NCBI GenBank assembly: GCA_963842085.1
Contig: CAWJET010000001.1
Span: 896,001-960,000, forward strand
Length of the DNA stretch: 64,000 nucleotides
Origin: an uncultured delta proteobacterium
Lineage (GTDB): Bacteria > Desulfobacterota > Binatia > Binatales > Binataceae
Direction: 5' to 3'
A program made the position numbers and the translations under genes. The notes under the pieces were generated by a model. It was not told the DNA's origin. It ran no database searches and saw nothing but the letters and a program-made list of their open reading frames with translations. This document shows, one piece after another, positions 28,817 to 38,235 of the stretch (positions are counted from its first letter, which is position 1; each line of letters starts with the position of its first letter).

Positions 28817-28844
28817 GGGGGTTCGAATCAGCCTCTCCCAGCCA
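28817..28844 (+). other. Degenerate tRNA (Gln-like) 3'-end fragment
   Basis: GGGGGTTCGAATCAGCCTCTCCCAGCCA. Confidence 0.5.
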
Positions 28845-29222
28845 GCGGGCACGAACCCTCCTCGCCGCTACCCGGGTTGCCGCCTCGTAACAGGTACCAC
28901 ACAGGTACCACCGGCCGCCCGGGGTCGGCGCGCGCACCGATGCGCAGACTCCACGCCAGGCGTGGTTTCTGGGGTGCGAACCGGGACAATGGGAAAGAGG
29001 CGGTCGATGGAGAGTCGCGGTTGTGCTAGCGTCCCGCGACGGAGGGTCGGACAATGGCGAGCGCCATAACTGATCCGGTCGCGCCGGCGCCACCGCGCTC
29101 ATCGCCGTTTCGGTTTCGAAAAGAAGCGCGTGCGGACATCCCGGGGTTCCTCACCAAGTGAGCCGAGCTCCGTGGAGTCGCACAGTACTGTCGCGCACCT
29201 TCGTCGCGTACCTGGTGACTCC

Positions 29223-30083
29223 ATGAAAGATACCAATCGAAACATCGAGGGCAAGACTTGCCTCATAACAGGCGCCACAAATGGGATCGGGCGCGTTACC
29301 GCCGTGGAATTGGCCAGGATGGGAGCGGAATTGTTCCTGACCTACCGGGACCAGGCGCGTGCCGATGAGACAGTTGCCGAGATACGAAAAAAAACTGGCA
29401 ACGACAAAATTCATCTTCTTCACGCCGATCTAGGGTCGCAGAAGCAGATTCGCGGTGTAGCCGCGGAGTTCCTGGCCACGGGAAAGCCGTTGCATGTGCT
29501 GGTCAACAACGCCGGTCTGGGCAACACAAAGAGAATCATGACCGAGGACGGGATCGAGATGGTGTTCGCGGTCAACCATCTCGCTTACTTTCTGCTGACC
29601 ATCCTCCTGCTCGACCGAATCAAGCAGAGCGCGCCGGCGCGCATTGTGAACGTCGCCTCAGATGCGCACCGGTTCGGAACGATCAATTTCGACGATCTGG
29701 GCGGCGAGCGGCGTTACAGCATGTTCGGCGCGTATGGCCAGTCGAAGCTGGCCAATATCCTCTTCAGCTATGAACTGGCGAGGCGGTTGGGAACCGGCGT
29801 AACGGTCAACTGCCTCCATCCGGGCGGTATCGCCAGTGGGCTGTGGGCCAACAACGGGCCGTTTGCTCGGTTCATCATGAAGGCTGGAACGCTTTTTCTT
29901 AAAACACCGGAGCAGGGTGCAGAAACTACGATCTATTTGGCCTCCTCGGCCGAGGTCGAAGGCGTCACCGGAAAGTACTACGCCAACTGCAAGGAGAAGA
30001 CTTCCAACAAGGAATCGTACGACCTGGATGTCTCTAGGCGGCTGTGGGAGGTCAGTTCGCGGATGACGGGAGTCGGCGCGTAA
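29223..30083 (+). CDS. Short-chain dehydrogenase, retinol dehydrogenase-like
   Basis: TGATNGIG, NNAG, YGQSK. Confidence 0.9.
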   Translation: MKDTNRNIEGKTCLITGATNGIGRVTAVELARMGAELFLTYRDQARADETVAEIRKKTGNDKIHLLHADLGSQKQIRGVAAEFLATGKPLHVLVNNAGLGNTKRIMTEDGIEMVFAVNHLAYFLLTILLLDRIKQSAPARIVNVASDAHRFGTINFDDLGGERRYSMFGAYGQSKLANILFSYELARRLGTGVTVNCLHPGGIASGLWANNGPFARFIMKAGTLFLKTPEQGAETTIYLASSAEVEGVTGKYYANCKEKTSNKESYDLDVSRRLWEVSSRMTGVGA

Positions 30084-30230
30084 GGGGGCCCGGGTAAAGG
30101 CGTCCGTCACCTGACCCGCCATTCAGTTGGCGGTCGGATTATTCGTCAAGCCAAGTCAGCGCCGACGATGGAGGGCATCGTGTCCGATGTTTTCGCGGCG
30201 CTACATTCTCGCCGCTGGGAGGTAAACCCA

Positions 30231-30440
30231 ATGTTCAAGAGCAGATTCATCCGCGACAGCCGCGGTTCGCTGGTTGGAAGGATCGACGACGACGATCACG
30301 GCTCTCGTGCGTTCGACTCACGCGGCAGCTACGTCGGGCGTTACGATCGCAAATTTGATCACACGTATGACAATACCGGCCGGCTCGTCACGATCAGCGG
30401 CGATGCGCTCTCATCCTTAATTTTCGGTCGTAAGCGCTGA
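30231..30440 (+). CDS. Small hypothetical protein with repeated DSRGS beta-hairpins
   Basis: GGAGG RBS; RDSRGSLVGR / FDSRGSYVGR / YDNTGRLV. Confidence 0.6.
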   Translation: MFKSRFIRDSRGSLVGRIDDDDHGSRAFDSRGSYVGRYDRKFDHTYDNTGRLVTISGDALSSLIFGRKR

Positions 30441-30549
30441 CCCCGAAAAACCGGAACATCTTGACCTGTGGATTCAACTGGTAATGTCGAGGAACCGGCT
30501 GTCCACTAATCAGCGACAAAATGACGCCGCAATCGTGGAGCGTCGCTCC

Positions 30550-30870
30550 TCACTTTTGCACCGCCGGTCCGTAGTCTCCCACGCGACGACTGAAGCTCCG
30601 TGCGACTGCTTCGTGCGCTGATTCGGTTTCTGGCGGCACTCTCAGAAGGTGACGTCGCGCACCTCCGTCTGGGTCGGCGGTCGCATTGATCACCTCCAGC
30701 ATGAGAAGAGGCTCGTAATCGTTGAACTGAATTCGCCGGAGCCGCCCGAAACCATCCTCTTGCACGAGTCGCCCTTTGGCTGCCGCCAGGAAACACTCGT
30801 GACCCAGCATTTCGATTGTCGCCTGTACGACTTCAAGGCTCTCATCCAGCGGCAGGTCTTCCAGCCCGAC
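30550..30870 (-). pseudogene. DUF6745-like C-terminal fragment
   Basis: EPLLMLEVINATADPDG..RRHLLRVPP...AHEAVARSF; N-terminus missing. Confidence 0.55.
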
Positions 30871-30982
30871 TTCGTTGGGATGCATCACCTGTTCGGCGAA
30901 TTCAAAAAGCGCCGGGCAATAAGTTATATTTGGCCCTGGCGCCGGATTATCCTTGCGCCGCAATTCCCAAGGAGTTCGTACC

Positions 30983-32410
30983 ATGCCCAAGGCAGCCAGC
31001 AAGCAGCAAGAGCCCTCCGGACCTTTTGGGGATATGTTCCCCTATCGCGAAACCTTCGAGACCTACCACGAACTACCCAAGAAGGGCCGCCCGCACGAGG
31101 AGATCATGCGCAAGTTGCGCAGCATCGCGCGCCAGGAGGACGCGCGCTGGCAGAGCGGCCAGATCTCGGGCACTTACTTCCACGGCGGGATGGAGCACTA
31201 TGCCTACCTCAACCGCGTGTTCGCGCTCTTCTCGCACGTCAACCTGCTGCACCGCGACATGTGCCCGAGCGGCACCAAATTCGAGGGCGAGATAATCGCG
31301 ATGACCGCCCGGATGCTGGGCGCGGAGCTCGCGCGCGAGAACGACCCGCAGGCCGACGTATGCGGGGCGATCACTTCGGGCGGCACCGAGAGTGTCATCC
31401 TGCCGATGCTGGCGTATCGGGAGAAAGCCAGGGCCGAGCGCGGGATCACGGCGCCCGAGATGGTGGCGCCGGAGACGATTCATCCGGCGTTTTCCAAGGG
31501 CGCGCATTTTTTCGGCATCAAGTTGATTCGCGTGCCGGTCGGAGCCGATTACCTGGCCGACGTGGACGCGATGCGGCGCGCGATCGGGCCCAACACCATC
31601 GCGATTGCGGGTTCGGCAGCGAATTTCCCCCACGGGTTGATCGATCCGATCGAGAAGTTGTCCGAGCTGGCGCTTGAAGCCGGCGTCGGCCTGCATGTCG
31701 ATAGCTGCTTCGGCGGTTTCATCCTGCCGTGGATCGCAAAGCTCGGTTACGATGTTCCGGCGTTCGACTTCCGCCTGCCTGGCGTCACCTCGATGTCCTG
31801 CGATACGCACAAATGGGCTTACGGGCTCAAGGGCGCGTCGGTCGTGCTATATCGCAATCGCGCGTTGCGCCGGCGCATGTACTTCACAATGAACGACTGG
31901 CAGGGCGGGTTGTATGCGGCGCCCACAGTGGCGGGCACGCGCTCGGAGGGAATCAGCGCGTCAACCTGGGCGGCGATGGTCACGCTCGGCGAGGAGGGCT
32001 ACCTGAAGGCGACCCGCAGCATCATGAAGGCTGCTGACACGATCAAGGCGGGAGTCGCAAAAATCCCGGAGCTCAAGATTATCGGCAAGCCGACCTACTG
32101 CATCGCGATTACGTCAGACAAGGTGGACATCCGCCACGTCCACGATTTCCTCGTGGACCGCGGATGGCGGCTTAACGGGCTGCAGCGGCCCGCCGGCTTT
32201 CATATGTGCGTCACCTTGCTCCAGACAATTCCGGGGTTGGCGGCGCGTTTCGTCAGAGACATCACGGCCGGGGTCGAGTATGCGAAGAATCCGCCGGCGA
32301 CGCCCGCGCGCAGCGGCGCGATGTACGCCGGCAGCGCGGCTTCGCTTGACCCATCGATGGTGGATGAACTGATGCTGGCGTATCTCGACGCGAGCGCCGA
32401 AGTCCCGTAA
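30983..32410 (+). CDS. PLP-dependent sphingosine-1-phosphate lyase-like enzyme
   Basis: TSGGTES, LHVDSCFGGF, DFRLPGVTSMSCDTHK. Confidence 0.85.
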   Translation: MPKAASKQQEPSGPFGDMFPYRETFETYHELPKKGRPHEEIMRKLRSIARQEDARWQSGQISGTYFHGGMEHYAYLNRVFALFSHVNLLHRDMCPSGTKFEGEIIAMTARMLGAELARENDPQADVCGAITSGGTESVILPMLAYREKARAERGITAPEMVAPETIHPAFSKGAHFFGIKLIRVPVGADYLADVDAMRRAIGPNTIAIAGSAANFPHGLIDPIEKLSELALEAGVGLHVDSCFGGFILPWIAKLGYDVPAFDFRLPGVTSMSCDTHKWAYGLKGASVVLYRNRALRRRMYFTMNDWQGGLYAAPTVAGTRSEGISASTWAAMVTLGEEGYLKATRSIMKAADTIKAGVAKIPELKIIGKPTYCIAITSDKVDIRHVHDFLVDRGWRLNGLQRPAGFHMCVTLLQTIPGLAARFVRDITAGVEYAKNPPATPARSGAMYAGSAASLDPSMVDELMLAYLDASAEVP

Positions 32411-32823
32411 CCGGGCCGGCTTCCGGGGAGAACGGCCTATGTCGGCGATTCGGCGGATTTGAAAATAGTACGCCAGACAGTCGCGAACGGATTCCGGGCG
32501 AATCCTTTCACTCCCAGCACCGCCGCTTTCCCCCGCGTTCGAGTCTGCGCAATTTACGGCTCCGATGCCAGCAGTAGGGGCACATTACGATCAGAATGAA
32601 TTCAAGAAAAGGAAATCCAGCATCTTTACACCACGGCTTTTCCCTGCTTGTCGGCTGAGATCTCGGTGATCTTGATGTCGACCTTGTCCCGATCAAAATT
32701 GTCTGCCACGCCATCGGTGAGCCGAATTCGCTTTGTGGACGAAGATGACCCATTCGTCGGCCCCTGCATCGGCGCTTGCGTACTAAACCGCGATTCTCCT
32801 TTTACCAGAAAATGAAAAGCCCG

Positions 32824-32914
32824 TGTGTGTGGCGAATTGCTAATTCTGGCACAGGACCTGTGTGTGGCGAATTGCTGATTTTCCACCCAAATCAGCAATT
32901 CGCCACACACAGTT
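32824..32914. repeat. Internally deleted copy (32824-32855) plus palindromic element copy 2 (32856-32914)
   Basis: TGTGTGTGGCGAATTGCTAATTCTGGCACAGG, then ACCTGTGTGTGGCGAATTGCTGATT-9 nt-AATCAGCAATTCGCCACACACAG. Confidence 0.9.
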
Positions 32915-33095
32915 TCCCGCATTGACACAATTCGGGCGCCTTTCATAACTTTCGAGCGATCACATTTCGCACCGTTTGTCACGAGTTCGCACCGCGCCAA
33001 AAGGGGAGAATCAATGGCCCCATCTTCCGAATCGCGGCGCGCACGCGCCGATTTCGATCGATTCTCTGACATCTCCAAAAATCTGGAGACTGAAA

Positions 33096-33125
33096 TGTGG
33101 AGAGGGGCGGGTTCGAACCCCCGGT
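33096..33125 (-). other. Degenerate tRNA 3'-end-like fragment
   Basis: Minus strand ACCGGGGGTTCGAACCCGCCCCTCTCCACA. Confidence 0.5.
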
Positions 33126-33419
33126 GCCGCGAGGACCGATACGGGTGAAATTCGGCCCGAGCTTGGCGCACTATTTGGCCCCGAATAAAAGCATCCGTGC
33201 TGGAGAGAATTTGTTCGCCTTGGATTCGGCTCTGCTTCGGAGCTCTCGGGTTCCCTTCGTTCGTCAGGCGAATGCGAGGAATTGGGCGATGCAGAGCATA
33301 CGGCGAAGGCTCGGGGTCAAATCTCCCCTTAGCGAGCTGGCAGACAGATGTTTGTGCTGGATTGCAGAGTTCTGATTGGCCGACTCGGGAGGTCCACCAC
33401 ACAGGTCCGGTCAGGGTAA

Positions 33420-34739
33420 CTACAACTCTTCGCGGGCGCGTCTCGCCATGTAGGCCAGGCCCGCGCGCACCGCCACTCCCGACACGGGCTCGGGCGGAAT
33501 CCAGGACGGTCCGGGCAGCCGCCGCATGTCCTCAAGGAGGGCCGAATCTGCTCCCACGGCGAGGTCGGCGAGCAACTGTCCCGCGATGGTTCCCAGCGCC
33601 ACTCCCACGCCGTTGTAGCCCGCGGCCACAAACAACTTGTCATCAAGCTCCCCGAAGAAGTGCGCTCTGTTCAGCGAAATGCCGAGCACACCGCCCCATG
33701 TGTACTCCAAGTCCACGTCCGGCAGCATCGGAAAGCGCGCGCGGAAGGCGCACCGATGCCCCTCGCATACGTGTCTCCGCTGCGCCTCGTGAACCTCGAG
33801 GGATCGGGAGTAGATCACGCCGTTGCGAATGAGGATGCGGCCGTCGCGCGTCTTCCTGACGGTTGTACCCATCGTCTCTTCCGGCACGAGCCCCCACTCT
33901 GGCTCGCCCCCGAGGGCGCGCAGTTCCGCGTCGTTGAGGCGGCGCGTCAGGCTCGCAAACGTCAGCATCGGCAGTATGCGGCTCCTCAGCAGGCCGAGCC
34001 CGGCGGTGTAGCCATTTGTCGCCACGAACACGCGCTCCGCCGCTATGGTGCGGTCGCGAGTTTCGATCATAAGCTTTCCGTCCAGGCGCTGAATGCCGCG
34101 CACCGGGCACTCCTCATACAGCTCGACATTGGCGGGCAACGTGGCTGCCAGCCCGCGAATGAGTGCGGCGGGCTGCACCAGCACGGTCCCGCGGGTGTGC
34201 ACAGCAGCATGGTAGTGGGCTGTGCCGGTGATCGCCGTCATCGCAGCAGCATCGAGCTTCGTGTAGGGTTCGTCCATCGCGTCGAGGCCGGCGCAGAACG
34301 CGTCGAGGGCGCGCCTTCCGACGTCGCCGACAGCGCCGTGCAAACGGCCGCATTCCGCCCATTCGCACTCGATCGCTTGTGCGCGCACGAGCGTTCGGAG
34401 CGCGTCTTGGCCGGCGCGCTCCAACCGTACCAGGCGTCGGTTTTCCTCGACACCCCGCCGCGGTTCGTAGTGTGGAAGGTCAACCACGAATCCGGAGTTG
34501 CGACCCGAGGCGCCAGCGCCAACGCGCTGTGCCTCGACCACGATGATCCGCCAGTCTGGCCGATGCGCAGCCAACTGGCGCGCCACGGCGAGGCCGGTAA
34601 AGCCGGCGCCGATGACCGCGGCTTGCCCGTGCTGATTCGAGAGCAGGTGCCGCGGCGGCGCGGGAGGCGGAAGCAACGCCAGCCAGCCGCAGCCGTTATC
34701 GTCGGCAGGCAATCCGCGCGTGCGCCAGCTGCTCGTCAC
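33420..34739 (-). CDS. FAD-dependent oxidoreductase, PuuB/OrdL-like
   Basis: IGAGFTG, GASGRNSG, GYNGVG. Confidence 0.85.
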   Translation of the reverse strand: MTSSWRTRGLPADDNGCGWLALLPPPAPPRHLLSNQHGQAAVIGAGFTGLAVARQLAAHRPDWRIIVVEAQRVGAGASGRNSGFVVDLPHYEPRRGVEENRRLVRLERAGQDALRTLVRAQAIECEWAECGRLHGAVGDVGRRALDAFCAGLDAMDEPYTKLDAAAMTAITGTAHYHAAVHTRGTVLVQPAALIRGLAATLPANVELYEECPVRGIQRLDGKLMIETRDRTIAAERVFVATNGYTAGLGLLRSRILPMLTFASLTRRLNDAELRALGGEPEWGLVPEETMGTTVRKTRDGRILIRNGVIYSRSLEVHEAQRRHVCEGHRCAFRARFPMLPDVDLEYTWGGVLGISLNRAHFFGELDDKLFVAAGYNGVGVALGTIAGQLLADLAVGADSALLEDMRRLPGPSWIPPEPVSGVAVRAGLAYMARRAREEL

Positions 34740-34997
34740 TCTTAACCCCGGGCGGTACGAGCTTACTTTACATAACACCAAGCTCAAGCGGCTATATCGT
34801 GGTCGATCACCGAACGGCGCGGCAGCGTTAAGTTGCGCAGAGCGTCAGATGGCCGGACCAAGTTTTGAGAAGCGACAGGGATTGACCTTCGATAACGATG
34901 TTGCCCGTTGGCGAGCCGAGTAAATCGGTCGCAATTTATAGTGTTTCAAGTCGCGTCGGCAAATTTTTGCGGAGGAAAATTCGCGGATGCTCTCGCC

Positions 34998-36698
34998 TCA
35001 GGCGCCGTGGCCGTGGCGCAGCAGCCGCCCCGTCGATGCGCCCGTCTGCTCACCGTCTCGCATATTGATTTCGCCGTTGACCATGATGTACCGATAGCCG
35101 TCGGACTTGCGCACGCGACGCCATTCGCCGCCGGGCAAGTCGTGCGCAATTTCCATCGGCCGCACCGCCAACTTCTCATAGTCGTAGATGACGATGTCCG
35201 CAGGCGCGCCCTCGCGGATTACTCCGCGATCGCTGAATCCAGCGCACATAGCGGGCAGCGCGCTCAGTCGCCAGTGCGCGTCCTCGAGACTCAGCATTTT
35301 GTGCTCGCGCACGAGCGACGCTAGAAATTCAGTCGGGTACTGCCCACCGGTGAAGAACTTCGTATGTGCGCCACCGTCAGAAACGCCGGGAATCAGATAC
35401 GGATAATCGATCATCTCTTTCATGTAGTCCATGTTCTGGTTGGGTCCCGGCGCGTAAAACTCGGTCCGAAGCTCGTCCGCGACCGCAAGATCAAGCATCG
35501 CGTCCACCGGATGCTGGCCGGTGCGCTCGCCGAACTCACGCAGCGTGAGGCCTTCATATTCTTTCATGTCATCGCGCGTGACCTGAGTGACGAAAATCTG
35601 ATCGAACTCCTCGGTGATGACACGCGGCAGGTGGCTGCGAAGCGCCTCGCGCCGGGCGGGATCGGCCAGCTTCGCCTTGCGTTCGGCGCAAGTGCCGGTG
35701 GTGGCGTCGCACCACGCCTGGCATTCGTCGAACAGGTTCCAGTCAACGAACGTGAACGCCATCCCGGTATCGGCGGTGACGGCTTGCCCATAGACGGGAA
35801 TCCCACGCTGGCGGCAACTCTCAAGCCACTGAATTTGCCCGCGATGCACGTAGGGATGCGAATCGCGCGGCTGCACGACGTTGTAGAGCACCGGCCGCCC
35901 ACTTAGCGTGGCAAGCTGCTCGAAGTGATTTAGATCGTGCATCGGATCGGCACTCACCAGCGTCATCTGGATGAAGCCCTCGTTGCGCTGGCCGAGCACG
36001 CGGGCCAGCGCGAGGCAGGTCTCGTCGGCCATCAGGTCGGAAACCATCGGCGTGCCGTCAAAGTCGCGCTGTACGCAAGCAGGCCCATTCGGATCGAGAC
36101 GCTGCGCGGACCATCCGCATGCGCCGGCGTCCATCGCCTCGTCCAAGAGGTGGCAGATCTCGCGCGTTTCCCGCTCGGTAGGCGGTCGCGTCTTGGCCGC
36201 TTCCAGGCCCATCACCCACGTCAGCAGCGGCGAAACCGGAACGTACGGCAGGATGTTCACCGCCTTGGGATGGCGTTCGATGCTGTCGAGAAATTCGGGA
36301 AACGTGATCCAATCCCACGGCATCCCAGCCTTCATCGAAGCATATGGGATCGCCTCCACGCGCGTCATCGTAAGCATCGCCCGCTCGCGGCCATCGGGAC
36401 GCACCGGCGCGAAGCCGAAGCCGCAGTTGCCGATTACGACCGACGTGACACCGTGCCAACTCGAGATCGAGCAGTATGGATCCCAGAACAACTGCGCATC
36501 GTAGTGGGTGTGCAGATCGACAAAGCCCGGCGCTACGATCAAACCCGAAGCATCGATGGTTTGTCCGCCGTCGGTCGAGCGCAGCCGACCGATTTTCGCG
36601 ATGCGACCGTCCTTGATGCCGACGTCGCCGCGCAACCGCGGCATCCGTGTTCCGTCCACGACCATTCCATCGCGAATGACAAGGTCGAACTCCGCCAT
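34998..36698 (-). CDS. N-acyl-D-amino-acid deacylase family amidohydrolase
   Basis: PGFVDLHTHYD, GNCG, SDGGAH. Confidence 0.88.
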   Translation of the reverse strand: MAEFDLVIRDGMVVDGTRMPRLRGDVGIKDGRIAKIGRLRSTDGGQTIDASGLIVAPGFVDLHTHYDAQLFWDPYCSISSWHGVTSVVIGNCGFGFAPVRPDGRERAMLTMTRVEAIPYASMKAGMPWDWITFPEFLDSIERHPKAVNILPYVPVSPLLTWVMGLEAAKTRPPTERETREICHLLDEAMDAGACGWSAQRLDPNGPACVQRDFDGTPMVSDLMADETCLALARVLGQRNEGFIQMTLVSADPMHDLNHFEQLATLSGRPVLYNVVQPRDSHPYVHRGQIQWLESCRQRGIPVYGQAVTADTGMAFTFVDWNLFDECQAWCDATTGTCAERKAKLADPARREALRSHLPRVITEEFDQIFVTQVTRDDMKEYEGLTLREFGERTGQHPVDAMLDLAVADELRTEFYAPGPNQNMDYMKEMIDYPYLIPGVSDGGAHTKFFTGGQYPTEFLASLVREHKMLSLEDAHWRLSALPAMCAGFSDRGVIREGAPADIVIYDYEKLAVRPMEIAHDLPGGEWRRVRKSDGYRYIMVNGEINMRDGEQTGASTGRLLRHGHGA

Positions 36699-36788
36699 GG
36701 CTCAACCTCCGTACAGCTAATATTCAAGATTACCGCGTCTGCTCACAAGTCGCACCGCCCGCCCGCTGTGTCAATGAAAATGGACGCT

Positions 36789-37250
36789 CTAAGCGTACGG
36801 GCCAAATCGCTCGAAGTCGTCTCGGGTGCCACTCCGAAACCACTCGAGTTCCAATTTCTTTCTGGCAGCATGCTCGATGGCGAGTGCACAGATCGTGACG
36901 ACCTGGGCAACGCCGCGAGCACGAGCTTCCTGCTTGAGATGCTCGAGCGCGAGTCTGACGGAGTTCCACTCGCTTTGATCGTCAACCATAAGTCAGCGAT
37001 TTGAAGCGTCAGGCCGCCAGGATCATAGACTTCCAGTAAGCGTTGGGACGGCGAAGCCGCGAATCTTGCGGGCACTTTCGTCCACCGCCGCAATGACGCG
37101 TTTCGCGCACAGCCGTGCTTTGAAGAACATTGCCTTCAATCTCTGCTGCTGCTTTCCTGCGCAAGACCTGGGTTCGAGCCGGCTCACCCGCGCTTGCTTT
37201 CTGAAGTCCTCCTGGATTACGCGTTTATTCTGAGTTCTCAGCTCGCGGCC
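36789..37250 (-). pseudogene. Frameshifted GNAT acetyltransferase remnant
   Basis: Pieces in different frames: IAAVDESARKIRGFAV / VYDPGGLTLQIADLW / LEHLKQEARARGVAQVVTIC. Confidence 0.5.
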
Positions 37251-37401
37251 GCTCGACAACTTGCCGCGCAAGCTATGGTGAACCCTTGATCTGTGCTATG
37301 GCTGTGACCGCGAGCCATGCCATCGGAAGTGCTACTGGGGTGGCGCACCTTCGAAGTCTCGTCGAAGACCGCGGATCAATCCACACTGGGGAGGTAGATT
37401 G

Positions 37402-38097
37402 ATGGCTCATGAATTCATTCTGAAATCGTTGGTCGACGGTCTCGAGAATATGGCCGGCGACTTTGAGAAATTCGCGGTCCTTCTCAACCAGCGGGCGGAG
37501 GTTTACGGCTTTTCGATTCGCTTCAAGCCCACGCCGTATCACACGCCCAGGGCACCGAACTATCCGAGTAAAGAAGAATCGTTGGCGAGAGCAGCTGATT
37601 TTGAAGAGAAGATAGCCGACAACTATGGTCTGGTAGTTTCGTACTTTCGAATTCAATCAGACCCGCCTGCCACGCTGAGTCCGGAGTCATACGGCGAAGA
37701 TGGCCTGTTGCACCTGATAACTTCATGGCAGGGACTGTGCGCGGGAGTCTTCAAAGCGACTCTGAATCTGTACGGAGAAAAGCCTCTCCCGCCGCCACCC
37801 GCGTCCCAGCCCGGCGCCGCCTCGGAATTGAGATTGTGCGCCGAGATCGCTGCGTGGCTCGAGAAAATTGCCGCCGATTCGACTCTATTTTCGGCCAGTC
37901 AAGAGCTTTCGGAGGCGAGCAAGTCGAGATCGAAGAAGATCAACCCAGCTCCGGTTCTCAACTCTCTTGCGCGCCTGGAACAAGCTTTTCACAGAACGAC
38001 TTCGAATGCCCTACTGGTCGCCAACAAGTTACCGCATCATCTTTACCGGGCCGCTCACAAAAATTACGGAGCCACTTCCAAGAAAACGCCCCGGTGA
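37402..38097 (+). CDS. Hypothetical protein
   Basis: 231-aa ORF with GGAGG RBS; no recognised motif. Confidence 0.6.
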   Translation: MAHEFILKSLVDGLENMAGDFEKFAVLLNQRAEVYGFSIRFKPTPYHTPRAPNYPSKEESLARAADFEEKIADNYGLVVSYFRIQSDPPATLSPESYGEDGLLHLITSWQGLCAGVFKATLNLYGEKPLPPPPASQPGAASELRLCAEIAAWLEKIAADSTLFSASQELSEASKSRSKKINPAPVLNSLARLEQAFHRTTSNALLVANKLPHHLYRAAHKNYGATSKKTPR

Positions 38098-38235
38098 TTG
38101 CGTCGAGCCCGTTCATCGAAGGAGCGGATTCCCCTATCATTGGGTGCCGTGCTTCGTGCACCGGCGAAGGGCTGAGCGGCTTGCGCATCGTGGCCCTTGA
38201 GGTTGCCTGATCTGGTTCTCAAGGAATACGCGTCA

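Noticed and set aside
24726-33125. tRNA-like stretches as functional tRNA genes
   Set aside because: Only T-arm/acceptor-like 3' parts are present, with broken pairing and no D-arm.
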